Origin: Schmidtea polychroa
Taxonomy: Eukaryota
Reading direction: 5' to 3'
Length of the DNA: 64,000 nucleotides
NCBI GenBank assembly: GCA_044892525.1
Contig: CM097885.1
Location: 47,493,727 to 47,557,726 of the forward strand
Part shown: one piece after another, positions 1 through 12,465 of the stretch
How the letters are laid out: the number at the start of each line of letters is the position of its first letter
How positions within the stretch are numbered: the first letter of the stretch is position 1
The notes under the pieces: model-generated
The model's database searches: none
Told to the model about the DNA's origin: nothing
What the model saw: only the letters and a program-made list of their open reading frames with translations
Position numbers and translations under genes: made by a program

Positions 1-504
1 CAGGAGCTCCCCGCATCACATATACCCCCCTCCCCCCCCCCCCCCGGGAAAAAATTTTTTTTTAAAAAATAAAAGGTCAAGGTCATTTATTTTTTTTTTA
101 TTTAATTTTTTGTTTTAATTAAGTGATCTGGCGGGCTCACACTTTTTTTCATCCCAAAAATTAATGTTCCCACCAACAGATTTTATTGACCGATACCTCA
201 TCTTAAAGCCCAGTCCAAGACCTTTCGAATGAGCTATAGGTATCATATATATCTTTAATAGTTTTAATGTTATTAACATTTGATGACCACCATCTTTTCA
301 ACGTTAAATTATTATTATTATTCAAAATATTATTAATTGGCCGGGCGGGGACATACTTTTTCTCATCCCAAAAATTAATGTTGCCATTATCCGAATTTAT
401 TAATCGATAGCTTATTTTGAAGCGTAGTCTAAGACCTTTCAATTGAGCCATAGAAGGTATCATCATCATTAACATCGGCAAAGTTATTAAAGTTTTACCG
501 AGAC

Positions 505-2110
505 CATTTTTCAAGGTCATTTATTTTTCAAAATATTATTTTCAAGGTCAAGGTCAAGGTCATTTATTTTTTCAAGGTCATTTATTTTTTCAAGGTCATT
601 TATTTTTTCAAGGTCATTTATTTTTTCAAGGTCATATTTTAAAATTTAAATGTACAGAGTTCCCGACAACGATAATTATTCAACGATAGCTCATTTTAAA
701 GCCCAATGCAAGACCTTTCGATTGATTCATAGAAGGTATCATCATCATTATTATTGACAAAGTTATTAACAATTGATGACCACCATCTTTTCAACGTTAA
801 ATTATTATTATTTTCCAAAATATTATTAATTGGCCGGGAGGGCCCCTACTCTTTTTCATCCCAAAAATTAATGTTCCCATTATCCGAATTTATTGGACGA
901 TACCTCATCTTAAAGCTCAGTCCAAGACCTTTCGAATGAGCCATAGAAGGTATCATCATCATTAATATTAACAAAGAGAATGACTCACCCAATGACTCAC
1001 CCAACGATGTCTAATATTTTTAGAACGATGACTCATCAAGGTCATTCCCAAGGTCATATGACTCATCAAGGTCAAGGTCATTTTTTTTTTAATTTAATTT
1101 TTTGTTTTAATTAAGTAATCTTTTTATTTTCAAGGTCATTTAATTTTCAAGGTCATTTAATTTTCAAGGTCATTTATTTTTTTCAAGGTCATTTATTTTT
1201 TCAAGGTCATTTATTTTTTCAAGGTCATTTATTTTTTCAAGGTCATTTATTTTTTCAAGGTCATTTATTTTTTCAAGGTCATTTATTTTTTCAAGGTCAT
1301 ATTTTAAAATTTAAATGTACAGAGTTCCCGACAACGATAATTATTCAACGATAGCTCATTTTAAAGCCCAATGCAAGACCTTTCGATTGATTCATTGAAG
1401 GTATCATCATCATTATTATTGACAAAGTTATTAACAATTGATGACCACCATCTTTTCAAAGTTAAATTATTATTATTTGTCAAAATATTATTAAGTGGCC
1501 GGGAGGGCCCCTACTTTTTTTCATCCCAAAAATTAATGTTCCCGCCAACAGATTTTATTAATCAAACACTTATTTTAAAGCCCAATGCAAGACCTTTCGA
1601 AGGTATCATCATCATTATTATTGACAAAGTTATTAACATTTTACCAAAAATCATTTTCAAGGTCATATAATTATTAAGTGGTCTGGCGGGCCCCTACTCT
1701 TTTTCATCCCAAAAATTAATGTTCCCATTATCCGAATTTATTGGACGATACCTCATCTTAAAGCTCAGTCCAAGACCTTTCGAATGAGTCATAGAAGGTA
1801 TCATCATCATTAATATTAACAAAGAGAATGACTCACCCAATGACTCACCCAACGATGTCTAATATTTTTAGAACGATGACTCATCAAGGTCATTCCCAAG
1901 GTCATATGACTCATCAAGGTCAAGGTCATTTTTTTTTTAAATTTAATTTTTTGTTTTAATTAAGTAATCTTTTTATTTTCAAGGTCATTTAATTTTCAAG
2001 GTCATTTAATTTTCAAGGTCATTTAATTTTCAAGGTCATTTAATTTTCAAGGTCATTTAATTTTTCAAGGTCATTTAATTTTCAAGGTCATTTACTTTTC
2101 AAGGTCATTT
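505..2110 (+). repeat. Tandem arrays of 17-18 bp TCAAGGTCA-containing units interleaved with ~214-bp units (higher-order repeat)
   Basis: (TTTT)TCAAGGTCATTTA units at about 570-635, 1130-1300 and 1979-2107. Larger blocks are duplicated (e.g. AATGTACAGAGTTCCCGAC near 650 and 1315; GAATGACTCACCCAATGACTCACCC near 978 and 1826). Confidence 0.95.
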
Positions 2111-2168
2111 AATTTTTCAAGATCATTTATTAAAATAATTATTATTTTCTAAGTTTTTAGTTTCTAAG

Positions 2169-2213
<45 letters not shown>

Positions 2214-2829
2214 CATATATACACCGAGTCTATCCGACAAGATATTCTGTCCCCCTATGGGTACTGCTCACAAATGTACTACTCACATTCAACAAGTCAC
2301 AAATGTACTACTCACACTCAACCAATTAACAATTATTATTATCAATATTATTATTATTGCAAATACTAGTCAAAAACTTAAAATTTTTTTTTTTTACACA
2401 CGCACAACCCATTATTATTATTATTATCATTATTAGTGAAAAACTAAAATATTTTTTACACACACACACAACCCATTAACCATTATTATTATTATTATCA
2501 ATATTAAAAACCTAAAATATTTTTACACACACACACACACAACCAATTAACAATTATTATTATCAATATTATTATTATTGCAAATACTAGTCAAAAACCT
2601 AAAATATTATTTACACTCACACAACCCATTAACAATTATTATTATCAATATTAGTGAAAACCTAAAATATTTTCTACACACACACACAACCCATTAACCA
2701 TTATTATTATTGCAAATATTAGTCAAAAACATAAAAACACTCATAAACCATTATTATTATCAATATTCGTGAAAACCTCAAATATTTTTTTACACACATA
2801 TACAACCCATTAAACTTTATTATTATTAA

Positions 2830-2869
<40 letters not shown>

Positions 2870-5800
2870 ATTATTATTATTATTAGTGAAAAACCTTAAA
2901 TAATTTTTACATACTAAGTTATGGGGTAGAGTATTATTATGTTTGCAGCATTCTGTGTTTGCCTTTACAGGAAGTTGTCAATAAGGAGCGATAATTTTAC
3001 ACATACATTCTATATACACATACCTTGTTTAACATGGGTGTATATACTTCTAGTCTAACCGACAAAATATTCTCTCCCCCTATGGGTATTACTCACAAAG
3101 GTACTACTTACAACATATCGCAAGGGTATATTAATTATGGTTAGTAAATAAAACCTATCACACATACTATTTAAACGATAAAAATCAAGACAAGAGAGGA
3201 CAAGGCAAAGTGTATGCATTTAGTATTGCCAGGCCTAATGAGCAGTGACCAAATATCTGTGCCTGAAAGACACGGTGGATATTTGTTCGCGTCCACAAGG
3301 GTCGTCTGTGCCTTCCCCAAGTGGGGTCAGAAGAACCTGGGCATTATAGCTTTCCGTACGGAACATTACGCCTAGCATGGGTAGTCAACTACCAGCACAT
3401 TCGAAACGTATAATTTCAAAATACATGCGTCATTGGCACTATAACCAAATTAATTATTGTTTTCACTAACACAAATATATATTTACAGAGGCCTCCCACT
3501 AGTTGGATTACAACCGCCCACCACGACGATCAGCTTGTAAATATATATTAATTAAGGGATAAAGAGGACCCACCCAACCCTATTATATTTAATTTACAAA
3601 TTTTTCTCGCTCTTCTGCTGGTATTCTATCTCAAAATTATCATCTCCATCGGGCCATTTGATAGTGATTTCATGGAATACATCTTGCGAATTGGACATAT
3701 TTCTTAGTTTCTGATGCGGTGTCAACTATCATTGCTAAAATTTATAATGATTTAAAAGCAATTAACTTACATTATCTAGCATTTTATCGTCACAGGCTTG
3801 ATAAATTAGGCAACTGTTATTTGTGGTATACTTTTTCAATGTCATTTCCCACCATAAAACACAGATACCTAAATATAATATATATATATTTTAAAAGATT
3901 AATTCATGTCTTACATTAATAATAATATTCTTCAGGTAGTACTTTACAATATCTAATTGATAAAACATCGGTTTTTCCCATTTTTCTTGACATTCGTTGA
4001 AAGTTTACATAATTTAAGTCTGATAATTCATGTTGAAGGACACCCACAATCAGCTAATTCATTTAAGAAATCCAGAACATAGCAATGTTTCACCATTTTG
4101 TCTGGTTCATTTTCTTCTATAATTCATGTTTTAATAAGAAATTTCTAAATCCAGAACATAAGTCATTTAGTGTTTCACCATTTTGTTCATCTTCTTCATA
4201 ATTATATAATTCATTTTCTTCATTACTAAGTAAAATAATTAAAATATTGTAGTAAATTCTTTATTTGCTTACTTTATGGATACTAAAACGAAAGAAATAA
4301 AGTTATATCAAAAGTATATTTAAATAAATTAAATTTAAATAATTTAATTTAGTTATTTAAAAATATTTAAACAATTTAGTTATTTAAGCATATTTAAACA
4401 TTAACATTATTATATAGTATAATTTTATATAATATTATAATTTTATGTACACTTATATATCCTTCATTTAATTTTTTAAATTCAAAATTTATAATGAAGA
4501 TTCTTTGAATTAAAAAATATTCTGTTAGTATTTCCAAACAGTAAACAACGAATTCAATAATTAAAATCTTAATTTTCATGTTGTTAGGGTTGTGGCCAGA
4601 ATTTAATCGCCATCTAATCGTTTGTTCTCAATTTCGCTCATTTTTGTTCAAAACATTCAGGTGAGTTGTTATCTGGAAAGTTTCTTTGAGCTCAGTTTTG
4701 TTAAAACACTCACGGTATTTTTGAGGGACGTGACACTGGGAATAAATTAACAATGGGTGGTCTTGCATACATGTTGTTGGTTTGAACTGTTGATTTATTT
4801 TAGAAATATGTATATTAAAAACATTTAAGGTATCATTCAGTAAAATAATATAGTATTTTTGAGTATTTTTAGTTGATTTATAAATAACAGTATTTTGATA
4901 TATCAATAAAGACCATATACTCCTAGTTTATCCGACAAAATATTCTGTCCCCCTATGGGTATTGCTAGCAAGGGTACTGGTCACATTCAACATGTCGCAA
5001 GGCTATATTAATCATTTAGAAATTCTTAGGTAAGATAATCAGAAATTTGTGAATATTTTAAATGTAACTTTACACTTATGTCGAGCGACTAATTTATTGG
5101 TTAACTTTTTAGACATTTAAAGCAAAAATTAATTTATTCATCTAATGTTCGTTACAATAGTTAATAATATGAGAAAAACATGGTCATTATTCATTGATAA
5201 TTTTAAATTCTTTATCATTTAGAGTAAATTTGTTTGAGGCAAAAAATAATTAAAGGAGTCATAATAGAAATATGGTTATCATTTATCCAATTAAGGGGCT
5301 TATTAGTTAGAAATATAAAGTAACAATTATTTTCTAATTTAATTAGATGATCATTAGACGTAATATATCTTTGCGAGAAATTTAAGATGTTTGAGTAACC
5401 AAAACATGGACATTTTGTGCGATAAATTTATGAATATTGCTTAATTTTGTTATTTTTAGTCATTTAAAATAATATTTAGCAAAGGTAATTTAGCAAAATA
5501 TCATTTATCCACCCGATAACAATATTCCTTCAATAGATTAACTGATATTCAACCTATTTAATTTCTGGAAATATAATTAAAATCATAAATTTCCTTCATG
5601 AAAGTTTAATTTTCTTTAGTTGTCGATGTCTAACTCTTTTAAGTCAATATTTTTGTTACCGTTATCTTCATAATGAATGTCCGTCTTTAAAATGTTAAAT
5701 AAAATAATTTAAAGCAATAACCTTTGATATCAATCCCAATTAATTCTAAAGATTTCAAATATTGCATTGTCAAAACCAAGTAAATTAGTCATTACCCATT

Positions 5801-6706
5801 AATAAAACCGTGGATAATTAATAAAAACTGGTTCTGAAACATAAATTACTGTGCAATAACATTCATCACAACCTCTAAAACGATATAATTTCACAGGAAC
5901 TATTCATAGCTGACTATTTCCCTTGAAAATTTGATATTTTACCAATAAGAATATATAAATATTCAAAACATTAACCGATCCCTCACCAAATATCTTTACC
6001 CCTTAAAACACCTTAAATCGTATATATTACCATCTTAACCTTCACTAAATCCAACCGAATATAATTTCATCCACTTGTGCCCTTTAATAAATCTTAAAAT
6101 CTATAGAAAATTCTTCAAAATATGAATTTTATTTAATTGTCACAGACATTCCTCCATTGAAATAATTTAGTAGCTAAATTCAAAGAGTCCACTAAAAGAT
6201 CAAAATTCATTAAAATAAATATTTAACCACATGTGTCATCAAATACCTAACTAGAGATGATAATATCTCATTGATTGATCATAATTATAACCATTATAAC
6301 ATGATATATCTTTCAAACTAAATTTAGGTATATTTTACAATAATTTTCAAGTAGATTTTAAATATATCATCATCGTGAAAAAATTAGATTGTTTCAACTT
6401 TAGATTTTCAATATTTTAAAGTTCATCAATGTGTAAATATTCTTAGAAAAATATATGAAAAAATTATTTAGTCAAATTATCATTACAAAGTCATCATCAT
6501 CATCAAAATTAATAAAATATAGCAAATTATCAATAAATTAATTAAATTTATCTTAGAATTAACACTAAACCTTAAATATTCTTTCAATTAACATGAAATT
6601 CACAAAAAAAAATGTTAGTAAAATCCCGCTAACTCTAAAAAATTACCAATGAATTTAATGCCAAATAATAACCAAATATTTGCCTAAATAAAATCATTAA
6701 AACACA

Positions 6707-6776
6707 CCAGTACCTTTACGACCAGTACCCTTACGACCAGTACCCTTACGACCAATACCCTTACAAGCAGTACCCA
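6707..6776. repeat. 15-bp tandem repeat (CCAGTACCCTTACGA), about 4 copies; mirrored at 7858-7927
   Basis: Read directly; lies next to the conserved CCGACAAAATATT motif. Confidence 0.9.
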
Positions 6777-7651
6777 TAGAGGGAGAAAATATTTTGTCGG
6801 ATAAACTCCGAGTATATATATAATAAAACGAATTAACAATAACTCCATCAAATTGAATCAGTCAAATTATCACAAATTTTAATAAAAAATCTTATTCTAA
6901 AGTGGTAAGCAGCGTAAAATCGAAAGATAATTTTAATAACACAGAGATAAAATTAACAATATTATTCTCAGGTGGTAAGAATCATCATTATTCTATGATT
7001 AATTAATAATGAAATTCAAAAAGGTGAAAATAAGGGTTTGAATTATTCATTAATGGAACGTAAACGTAAATATACCGAGAAGTGTCATAGATAAGATGGA
7101 AATATATTAATTGCATTTATTTAAAATTATTTCATGAAATTCATAAAAATTTATAAAAATGATCACTTTAATAAAAAAAAAATATTTAATTCAATGTTCA
7201 AAGAAATAGTTGTTGGGAGGATTAGTGGAAAATGGTGGGGCTATAAGTGATGAGTATTTATAAATTATTTCTAATATATGAGTGACTAACGAATAATAAT
7301 AATGTGATAAACAATTATTTTGATAAAGTATTTAATCCAAAAATGACAAACATACATAACAAATGGTATTTGACTAAGCAATTATGATAACTTTATATTT
7401 TAAATTTTGATTAACTCCTTTAATATTGAATTAATAATTATGAGATTTACTATTTTACATTAAATATTTCAAAAACAGTTATTCTAAAAGATAATTCAAG
7501 ATACATTACTCTTTTTAATCAAAATAATCTCTCAAAGTTAAGAAAATAACAAAGTGTGTCAGAACACATACCCAGCATTAACTTTACTTAAATTTATGAA
7601 AACATCAAGTAAGCAATGATAATAGAGGGATAACAGACTCAAAAATAAAAT

Positions 7652-10600
7652 ATTCTTACCACCTGAGAATAATATTGTTAATTTTATCTCTGTGTTATTA
7701 AAATTATCTTTCGATTTTACGCTGCTTACCACTTTAGAATAAGATTTTTTATTAAAATTTGTGATAATTTGACTGATTCAATTTGATGGAGTTATTGTTA
7801 ATTCGTTTTATTATATATATACTCGGAGTTTATCCGACAAAATATTTTCTCCCTCTATGGGTACTGCTTGTAAGGGTATTGGTCGTAAGGGTACTGGTCG
7901 TAAGGGTACTGGTCGTAAAGGTACTGGTGTGTTTTAATGATTTTATTTAGGCAAATATTTGGTTATTATTTGGCATTAAATTCATTGGTAATTTTTTAGA
8001 GTTAGCGGGATTTTACTAACATTTTTTTTTGTGAATTTCATGTTAATTGAAAGAATATTTAAGGTTTAGTGTTAATTCTAAGATAAATTTAATTAATTTA
8101 TTGATAATTTGCTATATTTTATTAATTTTGATGATGATGATGACTTTGTAATGATAATTTGACTAAATAATTTTTTCATATATTTTTCTAAGAATATTTA
8201 CACATTGATGAACTTTAAAATATTGAAAATCTAAAGTTGAAACAATCTAATTTTTTCACGATGATGATATATTTAAAATCTACTTGAAAATTATTGTAAA
8301 ATATACCTAAATTTAGTTTGAAAGATATATCATGTTATAATGGTTATAATTATGATCAATCAATGAGATATTATCATCTCTAGTTAGGTATTTGATGACA
8401 CATGTGGTTAAATATTTATTTTAATGAATTTTGATCTTTTAGTGGACTCTTTGAATTTAGCTACTAAATTATTTCAATGGAGGAATGTCTGTGACAATTA
8501 AATAAAATTCATATTTTGAAGAATTTTCTATAGATTTTAAGATTTATTAAAGGGCACAAGTGGATGAAATTATATTCGGTTGGATTTAGTGAAGGTTAAG
8601 ATGGTAATATATACGATTTAAGGTGTTTTAAGGGGTAAAGATATTTGGTGAGGGATCGGTTAATGTTTTGAATATTTATATATTCTTATTGGTAAAATAT
8701 CAAATTTTCAAGGGAAATAGTCAGCTATGAATAGTTCCTGTGAAATTATATCGTTTTAGAGGTTGTGATGAATGTTATTGCACAGTAATTTATGTTTCAG
8801 AACCAGTTTTTATTAATTATCCACGGTTTTATTAATGGGTAATGACTAATTTACTTGGTTTTGACAATGCAATATTTGAAATCTTTAGAATTAATTGGGA
8901 TTGATATCAAAGGTTATTGCTTTAAATTATTTTATTTAACATTTTAAAGACGGACATTCATTATGAAGATAACGGTAACAAAAATATTGACTTAAAAGAG
9001 TTAGACATCGACAACTAAAGAAAATTAAACTTTCATGAAGGAAATTTATGATTTTAATTATATTTCCAGAAATTAAATAGGTTGAATATCAGTTAATCTA
9101 TTGAAGGAATATTGTTATCGGGTGGATAAATGATATTTTGCTAAATTACCTTTGCTAAATATTATTTTAAATGACTAAAAATAACAAAATTAAGCAATAT
9201 TCATAAATTTATCGCACAAAATGTCCATGTTTTGGTTACTCAAACATCTTAAATTTCTCGCAAAGATATATTACGTCTAATGATCATCTAATTAAATTAG
9301 AAAATAATTGTTACTTTATATTTCTAACTAATAAGCCCCTTAATTGGATAAATGATAACCATATTTCTATTATGACTCCTTTAATTATTTTTTGCCTCAA
9401 ACAAATTTACTCTAAATGATAAAGAATTTAAAATTATCAATGAATAATGACCATGTTTTTCTCATATTATTAACTATTGTAACGAACATTAGATGAATAA
9501 ATTAATTTTTGCTTTAAATGTCTAAAAAGTTAACCAATAAATTAGTCGCTCGACATAAGTGTAAAGTTACATTTAAAATATTCACAAATTTCTGATTATC
9601 TTACCTAAGAATTTCTAAATGATTAATATAGCCTTGCGACATGTTGAATGTGACCAGTACCCTTGCTAGCAATACCCATAGGGGGACAGAATATTTTGTC
9701 GGATAAACTAGGAGTATATGGTCTTTATTGATATATCAAAATACTGTTATTTATAAATCAACTAAAAATACTCAAAAATACTATATTATTTTACTGAATG
9801 ATACCTTAAATGTTTTTAATATACATATTTCTAAAATAAATCAACAGTTCAAACCAACAACATGTATGCAAGACCACCCATTGTTAATTTATTCCCAGTG
9901 TCACGTCCCTCAAAAATACCGTGAGTGTTTTAACAAAACTGAGCTCAAAGAAACTTTCCAGATAACAACTCACCTGAATGTTTTGAACAAAAATGAGCGA
10001 AATTGAGAACAAACGATTAGATGGCGATTAAATTCTGGCCACAACCCTAACAACATGAAAATTAAGATTTTAATTATTGAATTCGTTGTTTACTGTTTGG
10101 AAATACTAACAGAATATTTTTTAATTCAAAGAATCTTCATTATAAATTTTGAATTTAAAAAATTAAATGAAGGATATATAAGTGTACATAAAATTATAAT
10201 ATTATATAAAATTATACTATATAATAATGTTAATGTTTAAATATGCTTAAATAACTAAATTGTTTAAATATTTTTAAATAACTAAATTAAATTATTTAAA
10301 TTTAATTTATTTAAATATACTTTTGATATAACTTTATTTCTTTCGTTTTAGTATCCATAAAGTAAGCAAATAAAGAATTTACTACAATATTTTAATTATT
10401 TTACTTAGTAATGAAGAAAATGAATTATATAATTATGAAGAAGATGAACAAAATGGTGAAACACTAAATGACTTATGTTCTGGATTTAGAAATTTCTTAT
10501 TAAAACATGAATTATAGAAGAAAATGAACCAGACAAAATGGTGAAACATTGCTATGTTCTGGATTTCTTAAATGAATTAGCTGATTGTGGGTGTCCTTCA

Positions 10601-11764
10601 ACATGAATTATCAGACTTAAATTATGTAAACTTTCAACGAATGTCAAGAAAAATGGGAAAAACCGATGTTTTATCAATTAGATATTGTAAAGTACTACCT
10701 GAAGAATATTATTATTAATGTAAGACATGAATTAATCTTTTAAAATATATATATATTATATTTAGGTATCTGTGTTTTATGGTGGGAAATGACATTGAAA
10801 AAGTATACCACAAATAACAGTTGCCTAATTTATCAAGCCTGTGACGATAAAATGCTAGATAATGTAAGTTAATTGCTTTTAAATCATTATAAATTTTAGC
10901 AATGATAGTTGACACCGCATCAGAAACTAAGAAATATGTCCAATTCGCAAGATGTATTCCATGAAATCACTATCAAATGGCCCGATGGAGATGATAATTT
11001 TGAGATAGAATACCAGCAGAAGAGCGAGAAAAATTTGTAAATTAAATATAATAGGGTTGGGTGGGTCCTCTTTATCCCTTAATTAATATATATTTACAAG
11101 CTGATCGTCGTGGTGGGCGGTTGTAATCCAACTAGTGGGAGGCCTCTGTAAATATATATTTGTGTTAGTGAAAACAATAATTAATTTGGTTATAGTGCCA
11201 ATGACGCATGTATTTTGAAATTATACGTTTCGAATGTGCTGGTAGTTGACTACCCATGCTAGGCGTAATGTTCCGTACGGAAAGCTATAATGCCCAGGTT
11301 CTTCTGACCCCACTTGGGGAAGGCACAGACGACCCTTGTGGACGCGAACAAATATCCACCGTGTCTTTCAGGCACAGATATTTGGTCACTGCTCATTAGG
11401 CCTGGCAATACTAAATGCATACACTTTGCCTTGTCCTCTCTTGTCTTGATTTTTATCGTTTAAATAGTATGTGTGATAGGTTTTATTTACTAACCATAAT
11501 TAATATACCCTTGCGATATGTTGTAAGTAGTACCTTTGTGAGTAATACCCATAGGGGGAGAGAATATTTTGTCGGTTAGACTAGAAGTATATACACCCAT
11601 GTTAAACAAGGTATGTGTATATAGAATGTATGTGTAAAATTATCGCTCCTTATTGACAACTTCCTGTAAAGGCAAACACAGAATGCTGCAAACATAATAA
11701 TACTCTACCCCATAACTTAGTATGTAAAAATTATTTAAGGTTTTTCACTAATAATAATAATAAT

Positions 11765-11804
<40 letters not shown>

Positions 11805-12420
11805 TTAATAATAATAAAGTTTAATGGGTTGTATATGTGTGTAAAAAAATATTTGAGGTTTTCACGAATATTGATAATAATAATGGTTTATGAGTGTTTT
11901 TATGTTTTTGACTAATATTTGCAATAATAATAATGGTTAATGGGTTGTGTGTGTGTGTAGAAAATATTTTAGGTTTTCACTAATATTGATAATAATAATT
12001 GTTAATGGGTTGTGTGAGTGTAAATAATATTTTAGGTTTTTGACTAGTATTTGCAATAATAATAATATTGATAATAATAATTGTTAATTGGTTGTGTGTG
12101 TGTGTGTGTAAAAATATTTTAGGTTTTTAATATTGATAATAATAATAATAATGGTTAATGGGTTGTGTGTGTGTGTAAAAAATATTTTAGTTTTTCACTA
12201 ATAATGATAATAATAATAATAATGGGTTGTGCGTGTGTAAAAAAAAAAAATTTTAAGTTTTTGACTAGTATTTGCAATAATAATAATATTGATAATAATA
12301 ATTGTTAATTGGTTGAGTGTGAGTAGTACATTTGTGACTTGTTGAATGTGAGTAGTACATTTGTGAGCAGTACCCATAGGGGGACAGAATATCTTGTCGG
12401 ATAGACTCGGTGTATATATG

Positions 12421-12465
<45 letters not shown>

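Larger units (their letters stand above)
1..6982 (+). repeat. Left arm of ~7 kb inverted repeat
   Basis: Complementarity ends at ...GGTGGTAAGAAT (6982), which pairs with ATTCTTACCACC (7652). Identical ORFs appear on opposite strands (4628-4906/9728-10006; 1371-1670/12964-13263). Confidence 0.97.

Noticed and set aside
203..1670. ORFs in the ~214-bp repeat units (NINFWDEKK...LTLKRWWSS) and their mirrors at 12964-14662
   Set aside because: Unit length is not a multiple of three, copies carry stops and frame changes, and ORFs occur on both strands. Best explained as non-coding tandem repeats.
505..2110. Regularly spaced short repeats resembling a CRISPR array
   Set aside because: Spacers are short A/T runs rather than unique sequence; no cas genes; eukaryotic context.
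3232..3275. Hammerhead-ribozyme-like CTAATGAG...GAAA
   Set aside because: The core differs from CTGANGA and I could not build stems I-III around it.
4394..4906. ORFs 4394-4579 and 4628-4906 (mirrors 9728-10240) as genes of the palindrome
   Set aside because: Short, AT-driven composition and no recognisable motif. Their duplication merely reflects the inverted repeat.
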